Below, piece after piece: positions 1-11,503 of a stretch of DNA of 64,000 nt (positions are counted from its first letter, which is position 1; every line of letters starts with the position of its first letter). The notes under the pieces are model-generated. The model saw nothing but the letters and a program-made list of their open reading frames with translations, had not been told where the DNA came from and ran no database searches. This stretch comes from Octopus sinensis (Eukaryota), in assembly GCF_006345805.1 (NCBI RefSeq), contig NC_043024.1:13516001-13580000 (forward strand), read 5' to 3'. Made by a program: the position numbers and the translations under genes.

Positions 1-300
1 TTCAAAATGTGTAGTTCCTTAGGATACCTACTTTCTTGAACGCGCCTATATCTCTGATGATAATTCATTTCTATTTCGCAGTCTTTACATAATTGGTTGT
101 GTATCACACAATTTATAGTAATTAAGAAATGGATATTTGACACAATCTTAACTAACCTCGCTATTTCACATCCAACAGCGATGGCGGCTTAACTTCTTAG
201 CTTTTCTTCTGGCTTCTGCATAATAACCGGTCATTTGTTACTGTCATACCGATTATTAGTACACCTTTGCAATTTTTCTACAGAACATTATGCTAAGCTG
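1..300 (-). pseudogene. Possible highly degraded Helitron Rep/Hel (PIF1 helicase C-terminal) relic
   Basis: Reading the minus strand across frameshifts gives fragments in the expected order: 'EAAIAVGC', 'FLITIN', 'ARSR-VG..KELHI'. These resemble Helitron helicase 'IEATIxTGC...FAMTINK...YVACSRVG'. Aligned by eye only. Confidence 0.3.
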
Positions 301-1288
301 ATGACGTTGTGTTCTTTCAAATAATCGTAAAATCTCTCGTTGATTTAGTTCACTTTTAATATTGTGAAACATTTCACGAATGCCATTAAACATTGCCTCA
401 CGCTGGCACAGATTTTTTGACTGGAATTATGTAAACCTAAATTATAATATTTTTATCTACCTTTCAGGTAATAAACTAAAATACACCGAGGTTTCGCCTG
501 AAGACTTTGGTTTGCAACAAGAAGATACCATGCTGCCAATGGACAGAAATTATCAATCCTACAGTTTCTTTGCGATCGACAGAATTTAGTCGCAACACGA
601 AATTCTACAACGGTTCCTCAAAAATTAGTGAGGACCAACAATGTCTTTTATTTGTAATGATAAAACTTTTTAAAAACGTTTGTTACTCTATAGATGTTTC
701 GATATGTTTAACCACTAATGCAATATCTCGGCGAATACTCGTCGATTGAGGGAAGTAAAATATTATCAAATATCACTGAACATCTGGAGTTGTGAACGAA
801 ATATTCTTTGAAAGAACACAATGGAGTAGAAGACGTGAAGGCCAGACAAACTAAATGATAAATTCTAATTTCCATGGGCAGAAACACCCCCACAGACGCG
901 TAGGATTCCTCTACAAATTTTCGTTGAAGTAGCTTTCACTGATAAAGCAAATACAGTAGATATGGAAAATCTAGCAATGCAAGGGAAAATTTCTTCTCCA
1001 GTCGTCGAGGAGTTCCACCCGAGATATCAGAAATATATTTCGTAACACATTATTTCTACTATCTAAATTCCTTGTGTCAATTAAGCTTTGCTTCGACAGA
1101 CCATTCATACCTTCTGTTTTCTTTTTTCTTTTTACAGATTCTACACTTTATTATTCACAGTAGAATGCACATCCCTCACGGGAACGAACCCGAAAATCTA
1201 TTTAACAAGATTGTTAAATACACAGCCATTAACGGCCGCCTACTATAAATGTATGAACGAAGCAGTTAAGCACCTATAAGATTACACA

Positions 1289-1289
<1 letters not shown>

Positions 1290-1379
<90 letters not shown>

Positions 1380-1460
1380 ATATGTGTGTGTATCTATCTG
1401 TCTATTTGTTTACACACACATATATGTATGTATATATGTAAGTGTGTATGTATATTTGTC
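1290..1460. repeat. (CA)n(TA)n compound microsatellite
   Basis: Direct inspection. Confidence 0.95.
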
Positions 1461-2540
1461 TATACTGTAAATAACTTTGTTCAGCAAGCTCTCCCATTCG
1501 TTTCATTCGACCGCCCTAAGATGTCTACAGCAGACAATAACTGAAAGAGCGGCATTGTTGTTGCTTTTCTTTCTCCATTTTCGTTTTCTGCTACTGTCTT
1601 CGTCTATTAGGAAAAGTGTATGATCCACAAGTAACGGACTCACATTATGTATTCGGACGAATTTACAGAAGACAAATCATAGATATAATATGAAAGAAAA
1701 AATATATATTTGTAGTCAGAAGTCGTTTCTATTCACCCGTAGCTTCATTCAATTTCCTATTATTTTCATATCTATAAAATATTGCTAAAAGAAAAACACA
1801 CGAACACAAAAAAAAACCTATACAAAACATCTTCAGATTTTTAACAGAACAATTATGTGTGAAATATACTTATTCAACTGTCTTAATCTCACCAAGCAAT
1901 ATAACAGGAGAAAACTGACGCAAGCAGAAACCTGAAAGCTATTGTTTATCAAGCTTTTAGCTATTAAAATATATCGATGTCGAACTGTATAGGAACAGAG
2001 TTTAATATCCTGTAATCTATGTTTTCAATAAACAATTCTGTCAATACAAGAACAACCCCGGAACCAGATTTACAAATAAAGGATGTATGTACGCTACTCA
2101 ATAGAGTTCTTTTTGTAATTTCCGGTTGTCATCGAATCAGTCGGAATCAAAGCCCTCGGGTCGGTGGTATTTTGAAAATTTTGACAGAACTCGTAGAAGC
2201 TATACCGGTTATACGCAGGCATTTTGTTTTGATCAATGTCGTTTGGTTTTAGTTGGCTGTGATACGCTAGCTTTTGTTTCTTTATTTTCGTTGCATTCAT
2301 CTCATCTGGGTTCAGTTTGACACTAATTCTATCGTTTGTCGTTTCACATGATTCTAATTAACTCCACAAGTCTGTAATATGATTCCATAGCGGCGATGCC
2401 ATGCGTTTTCAGGCTGAAAACATAATTAAGTGTCTTCGGATATAGAGAGTGTTGCCTTCTACAATATTCCTCTTCTTCTGGTGATATATGAACAAGATCA
2501 AATCAGTGTCAGATGGGATTGTTAATCTTAAAAGAGATGC

Positions 2541-2637
2541 TGTTGTTGTTAGGTTATTATTGTTGTTGTTGTTGTTGTGGTGGTGGTGGTGGTGGTTGGC
2601 GGTGGTGGTGGTGGTTGGCGGTGGTGGTGGGTGTTGT
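2541..2637. repeat. (GTT)n/(GGT)n trinucleotide microsatellite
   Basis: Direct inspection; explains the poly-L/W/V/G/C ORFs at 2488-2832 and 2513-2773. Confidence 0.95.
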
Positions 2638-2646
2638 TATAATCGA

Positions 2647-3350
2647 AGGCAGCGAGCAGGCAGAATTGTTAAAGCGCCAGACAAACCGCTTAGCATTACT
2701 TCGTTTGTCCATGCGTTGGGAGTTAAAGTTCCGTCGAAGTCGACGTTGCCTTTCATCATTTCGAGATGGATAAAAATGTACCAGTTAAGCATTGAAGCCG
2801 ATGTAATCGCCTTAGCCCCATGCCCGAAGTAACTAGCCTTGTGCCAAAATTTGAAACCGTTGTGATTATTACCCTTGGCGGTGTCGTAATTGATGGCGGT
2901 GAGCTGGCAGAATCGTTAGCGCGCCAAGCAATAATGCTTAGCGGCATTTCGTCTCTCTTTATGTTTTGAGTTCAAATTTCGCCGAAGTCAACTTTATATT
3001 TCATCCGCTGAGGATCGATAAAATAGATACCAGTTGAACACTGGAGTCGATGAAATTGCCTAACCCGGCTTCCCAAATCTTCAAGCTGTGTGACTATACT
3101 AGAAAATATTATTATTATTGTTGCTGTTGTTATAACTGAAGTTTGTAAGCTGGAAAACTGTAGGAATACCGGACAAAATTGTTAGGAGCATTTCGTCCGT
3201 CTTTGCGTTCTAAGTTCAAATTCTGCCGATATCGACTTTACCCTTCATCCTTTCTGGGTCGATAAAATAAGTAGCAGTTGAGCACTATAGTCAATGTAAT
3301 CGAATTGCCCTCTCCCCCGATATTGCCGGCATTGTCCCAATATTAGGAAC
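2647..3350 (+). mobile_element. Three tandem diverged copies of SINE family A (about 2647-2858, 2894-3105, 3138-3350)
   Basis: Each copy has a ggcggcgagctggcagaa-like head, a B-box-like gagttcaaattcc, and a gtcgactttgcctttcatcc...gtcgataaaataagtaccag-like central block (Meta-domain-like). The same family recurs more than 10 times in the window. Confidence 0.85.
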
Positions 3351-3585
3351 TGACAACTAAATCTGTGGTATTGAGCAAAATATTTGCTGTAGGCCATCTT
3401 TTATCCCAAGACAAAACACTGTACACGATAACCCTTCCATTCAGTTAAGAACAGAAGCCTTGAGAATCGCTGCCTGGTCGCGCATCCGGGCCTAAAACAG
3501 CTTGATTTGTTTTAAATAACTATGCATCTAACCACAACTAGATGTGTTGAGTACCTTTTTTCTTATCTTTTCCAGCCCCTTGCAT

Positions 3586-3650
3586 ATCTATCTATCTCTA
3601 TATCTATCTATCTATCTCTCTATCTCTCTATCTCTCTATCTATCTATCTA

Positions 3651-3723
<73 letters not shown>

Positions 3724-3816
3724 CTATCTCTCTGTCTCTATCTATCTATCTCTCTCTATCTATCTATCTCTCTATCTCTCTATCTCTCTATCTCTCTATC
3801 TATCTATCAATCTATA

Positions 3817-3887
<71 letters not shown>

Positions 3888-3978
3888 CTCTATATATCTC
3901 TATCTCTCTCTATATGTATCTCTATCTCTCTATATATATATCTCTATCTCTCTCTATATATATATATATCTCTCTATA

Positions 3979-4011
<33 letters not shown>

Positions 4012-4020
4012 CTATATATC

Positions 4021-4062
<42 letters not shown>

Positions 4063-4067
4063 CATCT
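3586..4067. repeat. Long (TATC)n/(TC)n/(TGTC)n compound microsatellite
   Basis: Direct inspection; source of the spurious 184 aa and 178 aa ORFs. Confidence 0.97.
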
Positions 4068-4380
4068 AAACAATAAATAATATTAGAATTATAGAAAATT
4101 TTATTACCAGAGGCCTAGCACAAAAAATTAGTCAATAGACTATATTTTTTTTACATAAAAATATCGTGTACATTAAAACACATTAAGAGGAAAGCATTGT
4201 GCCAGAAAGAGCAGTAGAAAACTCAAACCACTAATTAGGGATAAATTCTCGAAAGGATTGAAAATTAAAAACGTTTACCATCCAATTTAGTTCCTAGACC
4301 ATGTTTTGTAACTCATTCCAGTAAAAGAATATTTACTGAGGCTAGACTTCGTCAGTAGGTAGGCCTTTACATTTCAAATA

Positions 4381-4538
4381 TACAAACAACTATATTCGCA
4401 TGTAAACTAGTTACCTGTATATCCTAACCTGTATATCAAAACCACAGTGCCGATGCAGGTTATTTCCGGCGACAGAGAGAATTTGAAAAGTTAGGGTATC
4501 CAGACAGCTAGTTTACATGCGAATCTAGTTGTGTGTAG
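4381..4538. mobile_element. MITE-like element with ~48 bp imperfect terminal inverted repeats
   Basis: tacaaacaactatattcgcatgtaaactagttacctgtatatcctaac (4381-4428) is the near reverse complement of gttagggtatccagacagctagtttacatgcgaatctagttgtgtgta (4490-4538); TA at both ends. Confidence 0.65.
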
Positions 4539-4681
4539 AATAAACTTGCCCAAGATGGTTCGCAAAGGGTCTGAACGTGGAATTTCCTGGTTGCAAAGCG
4601 ACCTTCTGAAACATAGAGCCTAACCAAAACCAGTAATAGTGCTTCGGTTGCAGCGAAGCCATGGTATGGAAAGCACTTACT

Positions 4682-5078
4682 CTTTACTCTTTTACTCTTT
4701 TACTTGTTTCAGTCATTTGACTGTGGCCAAGCTGAAGCACCATCTTTAGTCGAGGAAATCGACCCCAGTACTTATACTCAATAAGCCTAGTACTTATTCT
4801 ATCGGTCCCTTTTTGCCGAATCGCTAATGTTACGGGGACATAAACACACCAGCATCGGTTGTCAAGCGATGTTGGTGGGACAAACACAGACTTATACACA
4901 TACACATACATATACATACGACGGGCTTCTTTCAGTTTCTGTCTACCAAATCCACTCACAAGCCTTTGATCGGCCCAAGACTATAGTAGAATAAACTTGC
5001 CCAAGTTACTACGCAGTGAGACTGAAACCGGGTCTATGTGGTTCGAAAGCAAGCTACTTACCACATAGCCACTCCTAC
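4682..5078 (-). mobile_element. SINE family B (tRNA head, CORE-like ccttgggcaagt block, internal CA/TA repeat, AAAGAGT-type tail)
   Basis: Full-length reverse-complement match to the plus-strand copy at 41426-41822. Confidence 0.9.
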
Positions 5079-6399
5079 ACACTTGCCCGAATGCCACCAG
5101 AAAATACACACCACATATCACTTAGCTGGGAATTGAACTTTCGTAACCAGCAATAGTACCTGAGTTCATAAGTCGTTCATGTCATTATAATGCCACATTC
5201 AATAACATATACAAATAAAAGCCAAAAGCCAAAAGCGAAAGCGAAAGCGAAACTAAAACAGACAGATTGATGAAAGATGTGTATTAGACATAATGTAATC
5301 GAAACGGAAACATGAAGCTGCCTTGTTTTCTTTTATCTTCTTTTGTTGTAAATTTATTATTTGTCCAACTGAAAACAACATTTAATAAAATACAGCGGAA
5401 AAAAAAATACAAATTAAATATATCGTAAGATTGAAACATAAAGAAACACTAAAATAAAATGAATAATAAAAAATGGAAAATAAATTTTAAAAAAAAATAA
5501 CTATTTTAAAATTTTAAAGATTTCTTTGATAATATTTAAAACAATTTTGATTGTAATTACTGTCTGATTCAATGATAATTATTTAGGATTAAATAACAAA
5601 TATTATTTTGTATAAGTTCTGATGAGTTGGCTTACGGATTTAATTTACTCTGCTGGAAATTTCAATGAAAATAGAATTCCAAATGATACAATGTGTAAAT
5701 ATAATATTACATGATGCGGTGGTGTTGGTGGGGGGCAGTAGGACGACTGTGTAGGCGTTCGATCTGCTACGAATAATCGTCTGTTCGTTAGACTCTGTTA
5801 ATTAAAATTTCAAAACCGGTAAACAGAACGACGCAAAAAATTATGTACACATAGACACAGTATTTCTGGAACCAGAAGTGTGGGCCACAGGTGGAAAGCC
5901 AACATTGGTTGGGTTAGTCAGTGAAACTTGACCGGATTCTAAACAACAGAGATGATTCAGCAAATGGCTCTACTATTTTTGAGGCTTCGTTAATGAAACA
6001 TTTGTTTTAATGACATTCTTGTAGGTGAAAGCGGAAACCTTCTACCTGGAAGCTCTTCAGATTCTGTCAGATCGCTTTTTAAGATGTCCAGATGTTATGT
6101 TTAGACAAAAATGTATTCTGAATCCTGGCAAAAAAAGGAAAGGAGTAATGTTAATCAAATACAGGAAGTGAACTGGAGTAAGTGAAATTGTGTGGCTTAG
6201 CTACTTGGGTGTTGCACTCACGACTACCAGACCACGGTTTTGATACCCCGACCGCCTGGTTCCTTCTGCTCTTCACCAAAACGCTTGATTTGTCTTTGCT
6301 TTAGTCTCCTGAACTGTGAATGTGTAGAAATGGTATTCAATTCAGCAAAAATCTTGTGATGTTGTTCAACTATGAAAACCTGACACCCGACCTAATAAG

Positions 6400-6700
6400 T
6401 TCAACATCTTTACATCTTGGAGGGATGAGGGTACCCGCAAGAAGAGATGCAGTTCCCTCCCAGGTTCAACGCAGTTTCGACACTGAAATCGCAGAAAATA
6501 GTTCAGATGGAGCCGAGTTCGTGTTGGAAATATTTCTTGCACAATATGTCACACAACGGATTTCAACGAAGAAGAGTCCAAACCACGTTGGTTGTAATGG
6601 AGCTACTTAATATACGCAAATAGTTACAATCACTCCGCAAATTTAGTACCAAAATTCCTAAGAACCCTATGATGTATAAGCCCATTTCCTCAAGCAGACA
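6400..6700 (+). pseudogene. Degraded LTR-retrotransposon (Gypsy-like) integrase relic
   Basis: ORF 6320-6610 ends ...SFDTEIAENSSDGAEFVLEIFLAQYVTQRISTKKSPNHVGCNGA, which resembles the integrase core 'FGxPExIxSDNGxEF...GI...SxPYHPxxNG'. Confidence 0.4.
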
Positions 6701-7105
6701 CCCATGCAAACGATGCTTACATTTGATTTCCAAAACAAACGCTGATGAGAGTGTACAGATTTTTGAACAGCAGAAGCAATCGTAGATGGATATTTTATTT
6801 CTTTTATCTCGTATCAGTAACTGATTTCGGTGATTGGACTGTCGCAATTAAAAAATTTGTTAATTATTGTGTCGTTCTGTAATGTCGACTCATTAACTGA
6901 TGGGGGCATAAAAAAAACACATATCAGTAGTCAACTGGTCGGAAACACGAACAAAATTTGCTTCACCAAATATCGAAGTTAATAGAAGTTAAATACTATT
7001 CAACTCCCATAAAATATCTCCCACACAGTAATACTCTTGGTAAAATTATTTTACTCTTTATTATTATTGTTTATATATATGTGTATACATACATACATCA
7101 TATAG

Positions 7106-7149
<44 letters not shown>

Positions 7150-7186
7150 TATATATATATATATTATATATATATATATATGTATG

Positions 7187-7219
<33 letters not shown>

Positions 7220-7220
<1 letters not shown>

Positions 7221-7353
7221 ACGTGACGTATTTTTGCCATTGCAATATGGCTAACCCCTAAGGGTGGATGCTACTGTAGTTTTAGCCCCAGGAGGACACA
7301 GTAGCATCCACCCTTAGGGGTTAGCCATATTGAAATGGCAAAAATAGTCACGT
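7220..7353. mobile_element. Fold-back element in (TA)n: ~57 bp arms, 20 nt spacer; related to the element at 55615-55838
   Basis: aacgtgacgtatttttgccattgcaatatggctaacccctaagggtggatgctactgt / acagtagcatccacccttaggggttagccatattgaaatggcaaaaatagtcacgtt; TA tracts on both sides. Confidence 0.75.
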
Positions 7354-7396
7354 TGTGTTACCGCTACTGTATATAACTCACATGATATTTATATAA

Positions 7397-7456
<60 letters not shown>

Positions 7457-7492
7457 GTATGTATGTATGTATGTATGTATATATATATATAC

Positions 7493-7625
7493 GTCGGTTC
7501 CGCACAGTTTCAGACTACCAATTCACACAAGATGCATTGGTCTACCTTCGGCCTTGCTTACAGAAGACACTTACACAAAGTGCAGTGTAGTGTGACTGAA
7601 CCCGTAACATCATGGTTGCAAATCT
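7493..7625 (-). mobile_element. Diverged 5' fragment of SINE family B
   Basis: cagtttc..ctacca..cacaag..gaagacactt..actgaacccg, similar to the family B head. Confidence 0.6.
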
Positions 7626-8153
7626 AGGCGCTCAGAGATGTAGATCGATGCTACTATCTACCATAGTTTACCACTGCTAAAATTGAAACGAGAAAGAATT
7701 TAGATTTCATAATTGTAGGTCAATGAACTCTGTTATTCATTAAACCGAGAGAAAGCTATATAAATTGAGTTAATCTGTAGATGAGAATATAAAAACTTTG
7801 CTTTCCTGAAATGATTAATTAGGCTCAGAATTTAATGAAATTAAAAAAACAATTATTCAGTAATACTTCCGAGATGAAAGAAAAGACACAACAGATTTAT
7901 TAGTGTTTAAAAATATATATACACACGTAAACACATACACCTGCGCGCACACACACAAAACACACATACACACAAACAAACACTTAGAAACATATCCGTC
8001 TATTTGAATGTAAACTTGTCAATTGTATGAATATTCCGACACGTTTGTAACAATTTTCCTTCCTAAAAATTTCTTAAGTATTGTCGGAATCATTCAAATT
8101 TACAGCGTCTACTTAGACGTCTGTGTGCGTTTCTGAGTCGTTAGGAGCAGCTC

Positions 8154-8188
<35 letters not shown>

Positions 8189-8299
8189 TCAGTAAATAGT
8201 GGGGTCGTGTTAACCGCACGTGGAGAAATGATAGGAGAGGAAAATGTATAATAAGGCAGAATGCAAAATTGAAAGTAATTTTATATATATATATATAAC

Positions 8300-8325
<26 letters not shown>

Positions 8326-8330
<5 letters not shown>

Positions 8331-8436
8331 TAATCCAAACATGAAAGCACAAAAAAACACAACAACGCGAGGACGTGGAACAAATATAGTATTATTGGAC
8401 GCTCAGGAAAGGAGGAAAGAGGGAGGGTTTAACGTT
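8326..8436 (-). mobile_element. Truncated TA-embedded element (putative Penelope-like pLTR remnant), same family as 55345-55560
   Basis: Shares aacaacgc..ggacgtggaacaa..agtattatt..gacgctcaggaaag..ggagggtttaac with 55403-55474; TA tracts on both sides. Confidence 0.65.
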
Positions 8437-8491
8437 GTATATATATATGTTCATCCATGTACCTATCAATGTCTCTCAATCTGTCTGTCTG

Positions 8492-8522
<31 letters not shown>

Positions 8523-9880
8523 GTGTGTGTGTGTGAGCGTCTATTTATCATCCCAATAGCTGCATATGTCAAGAAGCTCGAAGACAACGGGGATGTGTTG
8601 GTCGAAGCTCTCCATCACACCACATGTTAGCAAAGGCAGCAATTAGACATATGTTTTACTTGAATATATCAAGCATAAAATTAACCCTGATGAATAGAAA
8701 TTTATTTATATGTAGCGAGACTGGACCTTCCTCACAATCACATCACCTCGCAGCCTTTTCGCTTTGAAATCCTTCGCCTGCTATTTGAAGGTGTGGTTGG
8801 CCTGACAGCGATCCAAAATCGCGAGGGGTATTAATCGGTTGCATTTATATATGTTATGAATACTTTAATAAAAAAACAAAAACACTTGATTCTGTCATGC
8901 AACCAATTCTGTGGCTGTCTAGAGACCGTTATTGCGGCTGGAAGTTGTTATTGAATTAAATTTGTATTTGCTGTCTCTCGTTGAATTTGTGCGTTTACGC
9001 CATTTCCTTTTCGTACAGTTTGTCGTATTTTCTTTAAGTTTCTTTTCGTTTTCTGGTTCAAAGTGTAAGTGTAAATGGCATTTATCAGTTTATGTATTTG
9101 TGTCATTGTGTGTTTGAGACAATTAAATTTACTAAAACATTATTATCTCTGTCTAGATTAGTTGGGCGAGAGCAGATCATAAAAATATATTATTATTTAA
9201 TTTCCACTGTTCATGAAGTTGGTAATTAGCGAATGCTTAAACAATGATTCTATTTCGTTAATTAAATACCTACTACATTGTTATTTTAACAGAGAAACTC
9301 TATTATTCAAGCATTATTAAACAAAATTCAAGTCAGCACAAAGGTGAACGCAAAGTCACATCTGTACACAGAGGTTATGCACAAAATTATGCTAAACAAT
9401 TTATCAACTGACACAAGCCATTCAAAATTCTCAAGTAAATACAATAATACTTTTTCTATAGAAAGGTACAACACAACATTGTCTCCATCAAAAGCGAGGC
9501 AGTTCAGTCGTCACGAAATTCAACTTTAGAAAAGTGCAACTAAGTAAGGTTTTACTTACTTTTGTAGATATTTTTCTGTCATTTTCATTTGGCTTCTCAC
9601 GTAATTTTTTTTCTCAGCGAAACACCGTGCTACGTTGTATCTTCGCGGTGGACTTCAGAGCTTGCCAGATCTAGGATGTACAGTGGATTAGGAACCAATG
9701 CCCTGCCCAATGTGTCAATAGCCTGATTTGTTACGAAGGTATGAGTGTTCGCCTACTGACTTGGTAAATATAGATGGCTTTCAGATTCTTCTGTCTCCAC
9801 CTTATGAATTCTTTAAGCAGTTTACTTTCCTAAATCTCTATCTCGACATTACCATCCATGAAAAAGGGCCATATTATTAA

Positions 9881-10075
9881 GGCCGGTTTCCCCATTTCCA
9901 CTTGGACTGGACACTGGTCTGTTGCATGATTACTCACTTTTTCCAGATGAGTGGACTAAATCAATGTGAAATGAAGTGTTTTGCCGAAGAAAACAACTTG
10001 TCACTCGGTCGAGGAATTGAAACCACAATCTGCCGATCATGAGTCGAACACCCTAACCACTAAGCAACACTCCTC
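9881..10075 (-). mobile_element. SINE family D (tRNA head + gtgttcttgagcaaaacacttc-type block), diverged
   Basis: Similar to 24475-24688 (-), 33227-33547 (+) and 58640-58775 (-); tRNA A/B-box-like tagtggttagggtgttcgactc...gtttcaattcc. Confidence 0.7.
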
Positions 10076-11036
10076 CTCTTAATTACTGTCCATCACTTCT
10101 CAGACAATTATCCAGATTCGCTCTGCGATATGCATGACTTTGAAGCATCAGAGACAGATGAATGCTGTAACGTGCCGTGAACTTCCAACTGGTTAGATCT
10201 GTACACGTCACTAATCTTCCATTGCCACAAGACTTTCAGTTGTTGGAACGACAAATTAGATTATCTCGAATCGACATATGCGACACCGTAAGTATTAACT
10301 AGTGACTAAAGGTGTTAGGACCAGTGATCACTCGGAATTGCAGATTTCATATTTGCGTGTACCTCTCCTAGACGGATGCTGGTAGAAATCTAGGAATCCT
10401 ACATTCACGGTGGTTTCCTTGATCGCCCTGATATAAAACAATGATTTTTCTGAGGCACCACGCCCAAATGGATTGCTAATACGTCAATTAACCCATAGCT
10501 GGCAAGTACTATTCCGGGTGGGAGCAGACCTTAGAACACTAGTAGCTAAGGGGTGGTTTCACTCTCCCCTACACACAGGAACTCCCGAGTCAGAGTCACA
10601 CTAACTGATGCAGTTTAGTCATACACAAGATGTGTATAAATATATACATACATGAACGCATGCATATATCAATGCACACACATAAACAAATAAACAAACA
10701 AACACACACACATATATATATATAGAATGCAATAATTATCCAAAATATATGAATAGATGATGATTAAAGCACGGTAAATCTACCTGTTGTTATGAGTAGA
10801 TATACTTCATGAATTTGTTTTGGCGATTGGGGCGATAGTATTAATAAGATCGGAGATAGAAAGTGTAATATATTTTTTATTAAGCACAACACATGGTTTC
10901 ACCCGTCGTTCTGGGTCTCTTTGGGTACATCAATAAAAGAAGTTTCATTAGAGATTTCTTGGGTCGGCTTACGTACCGCTGTATGTACATCAAATTGTAT
11001 GGAAGTATGTAAGAATATATACACATATATGCATAT

Positions 11037-11207
11037 GGGGAGAATTCACGAAAAAAACAAAAGACGAAGACAGGTAGTGTAGAAAACAAACAAATGCATT
11101 AGTATAACTATCAGTCTTTTACATTTCGAGCCTACGCTCTTCTACAGAAATGGACACAGAAAGAAACAAGGAGAGAAATTTAGTGTGTAGTGGCTACCGA
11201 TCTTCAT
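11037..11207 (-). mobile_element. TA-embedded element (putative PLE pLTR remnant), same family as 57311-57506 and 53888-53960
   Basis: Shared aaacaaaagacgaag..aggt.gtgta..aaaca..tgtattagtataac..ttttac.tttcgagcctacgctcttctacagaaa.ggacacagaaa. Confidence 0.75.
11117..11150 (-). ncRNA. Minimal hammerhead-like motif, core variant CUGUAGA
   Basis: Minus strand: uuu-CUGUAGA-a-gagc-guag-gcuc-GAAAU-GUA-aaa. Confidence 0.45.
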
Positions 11208-11214
11208 ATATATA

Positions 11215-11277
<63 letters not shown>

Positions 11278-11503
11278 CTTTATTTTAAGCAGCAGAAAAT
11301 TCAACAAAATCTGTTACTCTGAGTTCTCGTTGCCGTTCATCAGACAGTTTTTGCTAGCAAAAACTCTCTGATGAACGGCACGAGAAACTCAGAGTACAGA
11401 TTTTGTTGAATTTTCTGCTGCTTAAATAAAGCATATTACTCTACCACTGGTATTTGAGTACTCTTTTTTCCACCTTGTTTCACATTTATGTGTTTACTCC
11501 GGT
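11278..11503. mobile_element. Palindromic element (zero-spacer axis at 11355/11356) with one-sided tail, in (TA)n; two damaged hammerhead motifs; same family as 39807-40043
   Basis: Arms 11278-11355 and 11356-11431 are reverse complements around tttttgctagcaaaaa. Both arms carry ctgatgaacggca(a)cgaga(a)actcagagta with single-base deletions. Confidence 0.85.

Noticed and set aside
1088-1279. 'LRQTI' resembling the Helitron helicase motif GDFRQTL
   Set aside because: Too short, on the opposite strand to the tentative relic at 1-300, and downstream residues do not fit
3522-4080. Long ORFs of 184 aa and 178 aa, and the many IYIY/CVCV/THTH ORFs elsewhere (e.g. 36153-36863, 43928-44545, 57742-58188)
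   Set aside because: Translations of stop-free microsatellites with no protein-like complexity
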